Assembly (NCBI GenBank): GCA_038230375.1
Contig: JBBRNJ010000017.1
Coordinates: 1 to 64,000 of the forward strand
DNA: 64,000 nucleotides
Source of the DNA: Polyangiales bacterium
GTDB taxonomy: Bacteria; Myxococcota_A; Polyangia; Polyangiales; Polyangiaceae
Direction: 5' to 3'
The position numbers were made by a program, and so were the translations under genes. The notes below the pieces were generated by a model. That model was not told where the DNA came from, made no database searches, and saw only the letters and a program-made list of their open reading frames with translations. Shown in pieces: positions 49,333-58,239 of the stretch. The stretch's first letter is position 1. The number at the start of each line of letters is the position of its first letter.

Positions 49333-52300
49333 TCACGCGCGCGTCATCGAAATCGTGAGCGACTCACCCTCGACGTCGACGATTTTTCCATCGGCAGGTG
49401 GCGGAACGTTTGCGCTTGCCAAGTGCATCGTCAGCGAAGTCGCGAGCACCTCACGACCGATGTCGTCACCATGGCGCTCCACGATCTCCTTGGTGCGCGG
49501 CGTACCCACAATCGTGACCAGCACCCGGTCTGCGTAGTCGAGATTCATGTCCTTGCGCATCGCCTGCAGACGGTTCTGCAGCTCACGCGCATAACCGAGC
49601 GCAAGCAGCGATTCGTCGAGACGCGTGTCGAGCACGACAACGCCGACCTTGTCGCCCTGGGCCGCAAAGCCGTCCTTGGTCTCGAAGGAGATCTCCACGT
49701 CCTCGCGCGCGAGGAGCACGCCGTCCCACGTGGCCTCCCCCTTCTCCCACACAGCGGTCACGATCGTTCGCGCGACGTCGGCCGTGAGGCCCGTCATGCT
49801 CTTCTTCAAGGCCTGCGCCTCGCGGCCCTTGCCCTTCTGTCCGAGCGTGCGGAAGTTCGGCTTCACGGAGAACGACACGTACTTGTCCGTCTCGCTCTCG
49901 GGCACGAAGCTCACGTCCAGCACGTTGAGCTCCTCCTTGATCATGGGCAGTGACTCCGCCAGGCTCGCCTTCAGCGTCACGTCCGACAGGATGATGTGCG
50001 CCACCCCGAGCGGCTGCCGCACCTTGATCTTGGCATGCGTTCGCACGCCCAGGCCCAGGCTCACGAGATCACGCACCGCGCGCATCTTCTTGCCGAGCGC
50101 ATCGTCGATGAGGTGCGGGCGGGGCTCCGGAAAAGATGCAAGATGCACGCTTTCCGGGACCGAGCTCCCGAGCGCGCTCGTGAGGTTCCGGTACATGGCC
50201 TCTGCCGCGAACGGCGTGAACGGCGCCATGACCTTGGACGTGGTGACGAGGCACTCGTAGAGCGTCTCGAATGCCGCGCGCTTGTCCTGATCCTCGCCGA
50301 GCTTCGCGCTACGCCAGAACCGCTCGCGCGAACGACGGACGTACCAGTTGGAGAGCGCGTCCACGAAGTCCGTGATCTTCAACGTCGCCGTGTACACGTC
50401 GTACGCGTCCATGTCGGTCTGGACGCCAAGGACCAGCTTCTCGAGCTCGGACAGGATGTAGCGATCGAGCTCGGGGCGCTCCTTCTCGGGGATGCGTCCT
50501 GCCTTGGGGTCGAACGCGTCGATGGAGCCGTAGATGGTGAAGAACGAATAGACGTTCCGCAGCTTGATGAGCGTCTCCTTCTGGAGAGCGCGCACGTTGG
50601 AGAGCGAGTGACGTGTGTTCGACCACGGCGGGTTGGACGCGTAGAAGAACCAGCGGAAGGCGTCGGAGCCAGGCGCGGGCGAATCGGGATCGCAGATGGT
50701 CAGGCGCTCGTCCTTGGGAAGACGCGGCACCTCGACGGGCTTCACATCGCGCACCTCGGTGAGGCGCACGCCGAGCTTCTGCACGTCCTCGGGCGTGAGC
50801 ACGACGACGCGGCGCCGCATGCCCTTGCCCACGGCGACCGTGTACGTCATGGAGCGCTCCGACCACTCCTCGGAGTCGGCGCGACGCACGCGAACGGTGG
50901 CGCCCTCCTGAAGATCGAGGCCCTCCATGTCCTCGCGGCAGATCGTGACACTGCCTGCCTTGGGCGCGCCCTTGAGCCCCGCGCTCTCCGCGTCCGTCAC
51001 GGCGAAGTCCAACTTCACTTCGTCGATGATCACGTCAGGCGGGGTGTAGTTGCCCTTGCCCTTGGACTCCTTCTTCCCCTCCTTGTCACCGACGTGCCCC
51101 AGCACGATGCATGACTTGTATGGGTGCGGGTACTGCACCGTCGTGGGCAGACCGAGGCGCTTCTGGCACTCCTCGTCGAAGACCAGGGTGGAGATCATGA
51201 GGAGTGAGTAGAACCACCCGCGCGTCTGGTCGATCGCCTCGCTGATGAAGTCGGCGGGGAAGCTGCGCTTGAAGTCGTCGTGACCCTTGTGCGGGAAGCC
51301 CCACTGCGCGAACGGCATGCAGCCGGAGTCAAACCAGCAGTCGATGACCTCGGTCACGCGCTTCATGGTGCCGCCGCATGGCGCTCCGTTCACCTGATGG
51401 TCGCACGCGAACGTGACCTGATCGATCCACGGCTTGTGCACCATGAGGTGGTCCGAGAGGCTCGGGTCCTTCTTCTTGCATTCGGCGAAGTAGGAGAACG
51501 CCTGCGGGTTCCGCTTCTCGATCTCGGCGCACGAGGAAGGCGCGGCGAGGTGCGTCTCGTCCTTCTCGCAGACCCAGACGTTGAGCGGCGTGCCCCAGAA
51601 GCGCTCGCGCGAGAGCGCCCAGTCGACGTTGTTCGCGAGGAAGTCGCCAAAGCGGCCCTCCTTGATGTGCTCGGGCGCCCAGCGCACCGCGCGGTTGTTC
51701 GCGATGGCGTCGTCCTTCTTCTGCGTGGTGCGGATGTACCAGGCGGGCCGCGCGTACTGGATGAGCGGATCCGTGTCCGCGCGCCAGCAGAACGGATACT
51801 CGTGGCGGTACTGCTCCGCGAAGACAAGGAGGCCGCGCTCCTTGAGCTCCTGCGAGAGCTCCTTGTCGCAGTCCTTGACCCAGCGACCGGCGTACTTGCC
51901 CATCTCGGGGATGAAGGTGCCATCCGGTTTCACGGCGCAGAGCAACGTGGCCGTGGGATCACCCTGCGTCACCTTCTTGTGCGCGACGAAGTCGTCCTCG
52001 CCGAAGGCCGGCGCGATGTGCACGATGCCGGTGCCTGCGTCGAGCGTGACGAAGTCGGCCGCGATCACGCGGTGGTCGTGCTCCAGTGCGTACAGCGCAA
52101 ACGGCGGCGTGTAGCGCCTGTCGAGCAGCTCGGAGGCCGGGAATTCGCGCTCGATCGTGAGCTCACCGAGCTTCTTCGTGAGCGCCGGCACCAGCTCCTT
52201 CGCGACGACGAGCTTCCTTCCTGCATGGGCATTACATGCAACCTGCACGTATGTGTATTTCGGGTTCACCGCGGCATACATGTTCGACGACAGCGTCCAC

Positions 52301-53001
52301 GGCGTGGTCGTCCACACCAGGAGCGAGACGTCGGTGCCGTTGCCGCTCGCGTCACGGAGAGGGAACGCGACGTACACGCTGGGGTCGTCGACGGTCTTGT
52401 ACCCCTGCCCGACCTCGCCCGCGCTGAGCGCCGTGCCGCCCTGCGCCCACCACCACACGACCTTGTGCCCCTTGTAGAGGAGGTCCTTCTTGAAGAGCTC
52501 GGACAGCGCCCACCACACGCTCTCGACGTAGTCCTTGTGGTACGTGACGTACGCGCTGGGCAGATCGATCCAGAAGCCAAGGCGCTCGGTGAGCTTCTCC
52601 CACTCGTCCGTGTAGCGGAACACGCTCTCGATGCACTTCTTCGCGAACGGCTCCACGCCGTACTTCTCGATCTCGCTCTTGCCGTGGATGCGGAGCTCCT
52701 TCTCCACCTCGACCTCGACGGGGAGACCGTGCGTGTCCCATCCGGCCTTGCGCGGGACGCCGAAGCCGCGCATGGTCTTGTAGCGAGGGAAGAGATCCTT
52801 CACCACGCGCGTGAGCACGTGCCCATTGTGAGGCGTTCCGTTCGCCGTGGGCGGACCCTCGTAGAAGACGAAGCTCGGTCGGTTCTTGCCCGCATCGAGC
52901 GTCTTCTGGAAGATTCCCTTCTCCCTCCAAAAGCGGAGAACGTCTTTCTCCTCTTTCGGAAAATTGAGCTCGGTGGGAACCTTCTCGAACACGTGACTCA
53001 T
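49333..53001 (-). CDS. ileS: Isoleucine--tRNA ligase, type 2 (IleRS2)
   Basis: FYEGPPTANG.PHNGH, GWDTHGLP, WTTTPWTL, GTGIVH.APAFGEDD, DWALSRERFWGTP, EAIDQTRGWFY, SNWYVRRSR, IleRS2-type C-terminus. Confidence 0.95.
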   Translation of the reverse strand: MSHVFEKVPTELNFPKEEKDVLRFWREKGIFQKTLDAGKNRPSFVFYEGPPTANGTPHNGHVLTRVVKDLFPRYKTMRGFGVPRKAGWDTHGLPVEVEVEKELRIHGKSEIEKYGVEPFAKKCIESVFRYTDEWEKLTERLGFWIDLPSAYVTYHKDYVESVWWALSELFKKDLLYKGHKVVWWWAQGGTALSAGEVGQGYKTVDDPSVYVAFPLRDASGNGTDVSLLVWTTTPWTLSSNMYAAVNPKYTYVQVACNAHAGRKLVVAKELVPALTKKLGELTIEREFPASELLDRRYTPPFALYALEHDHRVIAADFVTLDAGTGIVHIAPAFGEDDFVAHKKVTQGDPTATLLCAVKPDGTFIPEMGKYAGRWVKDCDKELSQELKERGLLVFAEQYRHEYPFCWRADTDPLIQYARPAWYIRTTQKKDDAIANNRAVRWAPEHIKEGRFGDFLANNVDWALSRERFWGTPLNVWVCEKDETHLAAPSSCAEIEKRNPQAFSYFAECKKKDPSLSDHLMVHKPWIDQVTFACDHQVNGAPCGGTMKRVTEVIDCWFDSGCMPFAQWGFPHKGHDDFKRSFPADFISEAIDQTRGWFYSLLMISTLVFDEECQKRLGLPTTVQYPHPYKSCIVLGHVGDKEGKKESKGKGNYTPPDVIIDEVKLDFAVTDAESAGLKGAPKAGSVTICREDMEGLDLQEGATVRVRRADSEEWSERSMTYTVAVGKGMRRRVVVLTPEDVQKLGVRLTEVRDVKPVEVPRLPKDERLTICDPDSPAPGSDAFRWFFYASNPPWSNTRHSLSNVRALQKETLIKLRNVYSFFTIYGSIDAFDPKAGRIPEKERPELDRYILSELEKLVLGVQTDMDAYDVYTATLKITDFVDALSNWYVRRSRERFWRSAKLGEDQDKRAAFETLYECLVTTSKVMAPFTPFAAEAMYRNLTSALGSSVPESVHLASFPEPRPHLIDDALGKKMRAVRDLVSLGLGVRTHAKIKVRQPLGVAHIILSDVTLKASLAESLPMIKEELNVLDVSFVPESETDKYVSFSVKPNFRTLGQKGKGREAQALKKSMTGLTADVARTIVTAVWEKGEATWDGVLLAREDVEISFETKDGFAAQGDKVGVVVLDTRLDESLLALGYARELQNRLQAMRKDMNLDYADRVLVTIVGTPRTKEIVERHGDDIGREVLATSLTMHLASANVPPPADGKIVDVEGESLTISMTRA

Positions 53002-54289
53002 GCGCAAGGCATTTAGCACAGCTCCCATCGTCTTCGGCCTGTGCCTTGCGTCGCTCACGCGGACCGAGCCGGCGGCGGCGGCGGATCCAGAAGCAGGTCT
53101 CGCCATCGACCGGCTCGACCGTCCGTCGGTCGGCAGCCGCTTCTACGCATCGGACACGCTTGCCCTGCGCGAGCCATGGCGTCCCGCGTTCGGGTTGATG
53201 ACGGGCTACACATATCGCGCATTCTCGATCGTGCAGGCAGATGGACGCCGCTCGACCCTCGTGCGCAACCTGTGGACCGCCGACATCGCGGGCGACATCG
53301 TGATCGCGGGCGGCCTGCGGCTCGGGCTCTCGTTCCCCATGGCGCTCTTCGAGGACGGGCACGACACGCTCATCGGCACGTCTGCGATCGTGGCGCACCA
53401 GGGCGCCGCCGTTGGCGACGTGCGCATCGCGGGTGACGTCTACGCGTACGGCGATCAGAGCTCGCCGCTCCAGGTGGCCGTCGGCGTGGCTGCGTACTTG
53501 CCCACCGGCGACCGCGCTGCGTTCATGGGCGACGGAACCGCGCGCGTTCATCCGCGCGTGCTGCTCACCGGTCGCACGCGCGCGCTCGTGTGGGGAGCGC
53601 GTGCAGGATACATGCTTCGCCCGCACGAGGAATTCCTCGGAGGCGTGGAGCTCGGGAGCGAGGCGGTGTTCGGCGGCTCGTTCGGGCTCCAGCACGGCGC
53701 GCTCACGGTGGGGCCAGAGCTGCTTGCGTCGACCGTGATCTCCAGCAAGTCGGGCCCCTTCACGAAGGAGACCACGGCGGTGGAGGCGCTCCTGTCCGCG
53801 CACCACGACGTGGCCAGGACGGTCATCGCGGGCGTGGGCCTGGGCACGCGCATCACCGAGGGCCTGGGCGCGCCAACGTTCCGCGCCGTGCTCTCGTTCG
53901 AGTACATGCCAGCGCAGCGGTTCAAGGCACCCGACCGCGACAACGACGGCGTCCCCGACGAGATCGATCGCTGCCCCGACGTGCCCGGCTGCGATCCGCA
54001 CGAGCCGGGCTGCCCCATGCCTCCGATCGACACCGACGGCGACGGCGTGCCCGACTACCTGCCCACGTGCTCGCTCCTGCCGACCGCGCCATCGACGGAC
54101 GGCCCGCCCACGGTACCGGTCACTCCCACGACGCCAGCGAAGCCCGTCGGACCCAGCACGCTCGACCCGTGCGAGCGCGTCGACTCCACCGAATGCGGGC
54201 GCCCGAAGGCACCGCCCCCTGTACCACCGTCGCCAGAGCCGCCGCTCCCGATCCCGGAACACATGCGAACCTGGGGTTCAGGTTCCTAG
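53000..54289 (+). CDS. Putative outer-membrane beta-barrel protein with thrombospondin type-3-like repeats and a Pro-rich tail
   Basis: Signal peptide; alternating beta strands (GDVRI, LPTGD, GLGAPTFR); DRDNDGVPDEIDRCP and DTDGDGVPD. Confidence 0.68.
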   Translation: MRKAFSTAPIVFGLCLASLTRTEPAAAADPEAGLAIDRLDRPSVGSRFYASDTLALREPWRPAFGLMTGYTYRAFSIVQADGRRSTLVRNLWTADIAGDIVIAGGLRLGLSFPMALFEDGHDTLIGTSAIVAHQGAAVGDVRIAGDVYAYGDQSSPLQVAVGVAAYLPTGDRAAFMGDGTARVHPRVLLTGRTRALVWGARAGYMLRPHEEFLGGVELGSEAVFGGSFGLQHGALTVGPELLASTVISSKSGPFTKETTAVEALLSAHHDVARTVIAGVGLGTRITEGLGAPTFRAVLSFEYMPAQRFKAPDRDNDGVPDEIDRCPDVPGCDPHEPGCPMPPIDTDGDGVPDYLPTCSLLPTAPSTDGPPTVPVTPTTPAKPVGPSTLDPCERVDSTECGRPKAPPPVPPSPEPPLPIPEHMRTWGSGS

Positions 54290-54300
54290 GTCGTCTGCTC

Positions 54301-54579
54301 TCAGGCCGTCTGAGCGGATGCGCCGACGGACGTGCCGACGGACATCTGCGTGAGCTTCTCGGTCACGAGCTCGAAGCTCGAGTCCAGCGTGGTCACCTTC
54401 ACGAGCTCTGCGTCGGCGACCTTGATCTTGTACTGGCGCTCGATGGCGGCGACGATCTCGACGCCCATCATCGAATCGATCCCGAGGTCCTTGAAGGAGG
54501 TGTTGTCCGGGATGACGTCGATCTCGCTGATTTCAGAGATCAACGCACGAAGCTCCTCTTTCAGATTGGACTGACTCAT
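54301..54579 (-). CDS. Acyl carrier protein
   Basis: LGIDSMM phosphopantetheine motif; acidic, 92 aa. Confidence 0.9.
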   Translation of the reverse strand: MSQSNLKEELRALISEISEIDVIPDNTSFKDLGIDSMMGVEIVAAIERQYKIKVADAELVKVTTLDSSFELVTEKLTQMSVGTSVGASAQTA

Positions 54580-54626
54580 GGTGACGGCCTTTCTATAAGA
54601 AATCGCTGAACGCTTGTGTACCGAAA

Positions 54627-54642
54627 TGCAAAGGGCGGGCAA
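54627..54642 (-). promoter_or_regulatory. Conserved TTGCCCG-N4-TTGCA motif upstream of ACP
   Basis: Minus strand TTGCCCGCCCTTTGCA, about 48 bp upstream of ATG 54579; same motif occurs upstream of the FAAL gene. Confidence 0.5.
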
Positions 54643-54653
54643 ATATCTGGGGA

Positions 54654-54896
54654 TCAGGAGGCCGCACGCAGCTCGACCTCGTCGATGAGCTCTTTGATGG
54701 TCGAGATGGTCGCGAGGTTCTCATCGGGGATGTGAATCTTGAGCTCGCGCTCGAGCGAGCCGATGATCTCGAGCATGCCGAGCGAGTCGATACCGAGCTC
54801 GGCGATGACGGTCGCCTCGACGATGGGAGGGAACTCGCGCTCGGTGACTTCCGCCGCGGTCTTGGAGAAGAGGTCGATGAGGTCTTGCCGTTTCAT
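54654..54896 (-). CDS. Acyl carrier protein
   Basis: LGIDSLG motif; start overlaps the FAAL stop (ATGA). Confidence 0.9.
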   Translation of the reverse strand: MKRQDLIDLFSKTAAEVTEREFPPIVEATVIAELGIDSLGMLEIIGSLERELKIHIPDENLATISTIKELIDEVELRAAS

Positions 54897-56683
54897 GGGG
54901 TCTCTGGAGTGACGGAGCGCGGCTCCGAGCGCTCGGAGCGGAGCCTGGGCAGGTCGCCCGTGCGATAGAGGTCCTTGGTCTTGGCACGCTGCAACTTGCC
55001 GCTGGACGTACGCGGAAGGCCGCTCGGGCTGAGCAGCTCCACCGACTCCGCGGAGAGCGAGAAGCGCTCGAGCAGCACGCGGACGATCTCTGCGCGCAGC
55101 GCCGCGGGATCCGAGGTCGCTGCTTCGGCCGCGACGATGAGGCGCTCACCGCTCGTGGTCGGCGTGCTGGTCGCAACGGAAGGGCTGCTGCCCTCCCCGC
55201 GAACGCTGAACGCAACGACCGCGCCCTTGCGCACGCCGTCGACCTCGGACACGGCCCATTCGATGTCGCTCGGGTAGTAGTTACGCCCGCGAACGATGAT
55301 GAGGTCCTTCTCGCGACCGCACACGTAGAGCTCCCCATCCTTCATGTAGCCAAGGTCGCCGGTGCGCAGCCATCCGCCATCCGCCACGCCAGTGCCCGAA
55401 CATGAAGCGCCTGTTTGCGAGAACGTCGCGGCGGTGCGCTCCGCGTCGCCGAAGTAGCCAGCGCACACGCTGGGCCCGCGGATCACGATGTGGCCCACGA
55501 CGCCATCGGGCCGAACCGCGCGGTCCTCGCCCCAGATCGCGATCTGGTGGCCGGCGAACGGGCCGCCGCAGCACACGATGTCGAGGGCACGATCATCTTC
55601 CGCTTGCGGCTTTGCCTCCGACGCACGGCCCTTCTCGAGCTCCTTGGCCGAGACCACGTCCACGCGCACGCCGCGCTGGAAGCCGCCGAACGTCACCGCG
55701 AGCGTGGACTCCGCCATGCCATACGACGGCAGGTACACCTTCGGGTTGAACCCTGCGGGCGCGAGCTTGTCTGCGAACGTGCGGAGCGTGCTCGCCGAGA
55801 TGGGCTCCGCGCCGCAGCCGGCATGACGAAGCGACGAAAGGTCGAGTGCAGCCGTGTCCGTGGGCTTCAGTCGCTTGGCGACGAGCTCGTAGGCGAAGTT
55901 CGGCGCGTACGTGATGGTGCCGCGCTTCTTCGTGATGGTCTCGAGCCAGATGAGAGGTCGGCGCACGAACGTCGCGGTGGGAATGAACGTGACGGGCACG
56001 TCCGCGAAGAGCGGTCCCACGACGAAGCCGATGAGACCCATGTCGTGGAAGAGCGGGAGCCAGCTCACCCCGTGATCGATCGCGGGGTCGCTGCGCAGGC
56101 CCTCGTGCATGAATGCCTTCGCGTTCGCGGCCAGGTTCCCATGGGACACCATGACGCCCTTCGGACGCGACGTGCTGCCAGAGGTGAACTGAAGGAACGC
56201 GAGGCTGTCGGGCGATACGTCCGCGAGCTCGGCGACATGACCATGGGCCGCGAGCGACTCGGTGGTGATCACCGGCGCCGCGTCCTTGGCTGCAAGCGGC
56301 GCGAGCTTGAGGTCGAGCGATGCCGTCGTGATGCGAGCCTTCGCGCCGGAGATGCGCGAGACGTGCTCGACGCCGTCCTCGAACACCCGGAGATCGCGCG
56401 CCGCGAACGGCGGGAACATCGGGACGGGCACGAGCCCCCCCGCCACCGCGCCGAGGAACGCGAGAACGAAGTCCTGGGGCTCGGGCACGATCAGGACGAC
56501 GCGATCACCCGCGCGCAGTCCGGCGTCATGCAGCGCAGACGCGCGCCGCCCGGCCTCGGTCGCGATCTCGGCGAACGAGAAGGTGCGCTCCCCACCCTCC
56601 GAACGCACGAACGAGAACCCGCGCTTCGTGTCCGAGGACAGCGCGCGAATGGCTTCGTTGAGGGTGTGGCGAGGATGCGTCAT
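54893..56683 (-). CDS. Fatty acyl-AMP ligase (FAAL)
   Basis: AFLQFTSGSTSRPKGV, SWLPLFHDMGLIG, APNFAY, YGMAE, WLRTGDLG, GREKDLII.GRNYYP.DIE, PRTSSGKLQR. Confidence 0.92.
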   Translation of the reverse strand: MTHPRHTLNEAIRALSSDTKRGFSFVRSEGGERTFSFAEIATEAGRRASALHDAGLRAGDRVVLIVPEPQDFVLAFLGAVAGGLVPVPMFPPFAARDLRVFEDGVEHVSRISGAKARITTASLDLKLAPLAAKDAAPVITTESLAAHGHVAELADVSPDSLAFLQFTSGSTSRPKGVMVSHGNLAANAKAFMHEGLRSDPAIDHGVSWLPLFHDMGLIGFVVGPLFADVPVTFIPTATFVRRPLIWLETITKKRGTITYAPNFAYELVAKRLKPTDTAALDLSSLRHAGCGAEPISASTLRTFADKLAPAGFNPKVYLPSYGMAESTLAVTFGGFQRGVRVDVVSAKELEKGRASEAKPQAEDDRALDIVCCGGPFAGHQIAIWGEDRAVRPDGVVGHIVIRGPSVCAGYFGDAERTAATFSQTGASCSGTGVADGGWLRTGDLGYMKDGELYVCGREKDLIIVRGRNYYPSDIEWAVSEVDGVRKGAVVAFSVRGEGSSPSVATSTPTTSGERLIVAAEAATSDPAALRAEIVRVLLERFSLSAESVELLSPSGLPRTSSGKLQRAKTKDLYRTGDLPRLRSERSEPRSVTPETP

Positions 56684-56727
56684 GTGAGCAGGAGGGCGGG
56701 TCAAAATGGGGTGCCCCACGAGGACAT

Positions 56728-56743
56728 TGCAAGATCCGGGCAA
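56728..56743 (-). promoter_or_regulatory. Conserved TTGCCCG-N4-TTGCA motif upstream of FAAL
   Basis: Minus strand TTGCCCGGATCTTGCA, about 45 bp upstream of ATG 56683. Confidence 0.5.
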
Positions 56744-56952
56744 AATGTGACGGGAACGGCATGTAGTTGGGCTCGCCACCCGGCGCAAGCTCCGATTGCC
56801 GCAAATGCTGCAGTGCGACGTTTTTTCGGCCGGCAGGGTCCGCGCGGCTCTGCGAAGCCTTCTTCGCGGCTCGGGAAGCGAAGGTGTCGCAAAGAAACCA
56901 CACCGCTTTTCTCAGGTGCGATGAACATGTGACGGGGCTATACACCCGCGTC

Positions 56953-58239
56953 GTGCAGAGCTACCGGCAAGGATCGGCCGGCGCGACCGGCAGTCCCCGC
57001 GTCTTCATCACCGGGGTGGGCGTCATCAGCTCCATCGGGATCGGTAAGCAGGCGTTCTATGCCAGCCTTCGCGCGGGACGCACCGGCCTCTCCAAGCTGG
57101 GCGCGTTCGCCGCGGGCGATCTCGGCCGCGACATTGCTGGCGAGGTGAAGGACTTCCGCGCCGAAGATCACATGACCCACGCGGAGGCCCGCAACGCTGG
57201 CCGGTGCGCGCACATGGCTGTCGCCGCCGCACGCCTGGCCACGAAGGATGCTGCCATCTCGGACGCCGCGCTCGGTGGACCGCGTGTCGCCGTCGTGATG
57301 GGCACGACCATGGGTGAAGGGGCGCTCCTCGGCGATCTCGAGGGCGCGTGGATCAAGAGCGGCGAAGGCGCGATCAACCGCGCGGATATTCCGCGGTACG
57401 GCTCCACGTTGCTTCCGATCCACGTGGCGCGCGCACTCGGCGTCTCAGGCCTGGTCTCCACGCTGCCAGCGGCATGCGCGGCGGGCAACTACGCGATCGG
57501 CTTCGGTGCGGATCTCATTCGCATGGGCCGCGCGGACGTGGTCGTGTGCGGCGCCGCAGAGCTGCTCCAGGAGCTGCAGTTCGCAGGCTTCGTACGGCTC
57601 GCAGCCATGGCCAAGGAGCGCTGTCGCCCCTTCGACAAGAACCGCGAGGGACTCATCCTGGGTGAAGGCGCCGCAGTCCTCGTGCTCGAGTCCGAAGCGC
57701 ACGCCGTCAGACGCAACGCCGCGGCGCAGGCCGAGGTGCTCGGCATGGGCCTCACGTGCGACGGCTACCACATCACGCGGCCCCATCCAGATGCGGCGGG
57801 CTCGATCGAGGCGATGCGCCAGGCGATTGCACGCTCGGGCATCACGCCGGACGCCGTGGATTTCGTGAACGCACACGGCACGGGCACCAAGGCAAACGAC
57901 GTGGCCGAGACCAAGGTGATGCACGACGTCTTCGCCGGCAGGCGCGTCCCCATCTCCAGCATGAAGAGCATGCTCGGCCACTGCATGGGCGCAGCGAGCG
58001 CGCTCGAGGCCGCCGGCTGTGTCTTCACGCTCGAGACAGGCGTGTATCCGCCCACCATCGGCTTCGAGACTCCGGACCCCGAGTGCGACGTCGACGTGGT
58101 GGCGAACGTCGCGCGCGAAGGCAAGGCCGACATCATCCTCAACAACTCGCTCGCGTTCGGCGGGTACAACGCCGTGACCTGCTTCTCGCGGCCCTACAAG
58201 GTGCCCGAGCTTGGCCTTCCGGCCAGGGATCTTTCGTGA
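56953..58239 (+). CDS. Beta-ketoacyl-ACP synthase (KAS II/FabF-like, active)
   Basis: VFITGVG, AACAAG catalytic Cys, RPFD, GEGA, NAHGTGT, KSMLGH, NSLAFGG. Start uncertain. Confidence 0.92.
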   Translation: MQSYRQGSAGATGSPRVFITGVGVISSIGIGKQAFYASLRAGRTGLSKLGAFAAGDLGRDIAGEVKDFRAEDHMTHAEARNAGRCAHMAVAAARLATKDAAISDAALGGPRVAVVMGTTMGEGALLGDLEGAWIKSGEGAINRADIPRYGSTLLPIHVARALGVSGLVSTLPAACAAGNYAIGFGADLIRMGRADVVVCGAAELLQELQFAGFVRLAAMAKERCRPFDKNREGLILGEGAAVLVLESEAHAVRRNAAAQAEVLGMGLTCDGYHITRPHPDAAGSIEAMRQAIARSGITPDAVDFVNAHGTGTKANDVAETKVMHDVFAGRRVPISSMKSMLGHCMGAASALEAAGCVFTLETGVYPPTIGFETPDPECDVDVVANVAREGKADIILNNSLAFGGYNAVTCFSRPYKVPELGLPARDLS

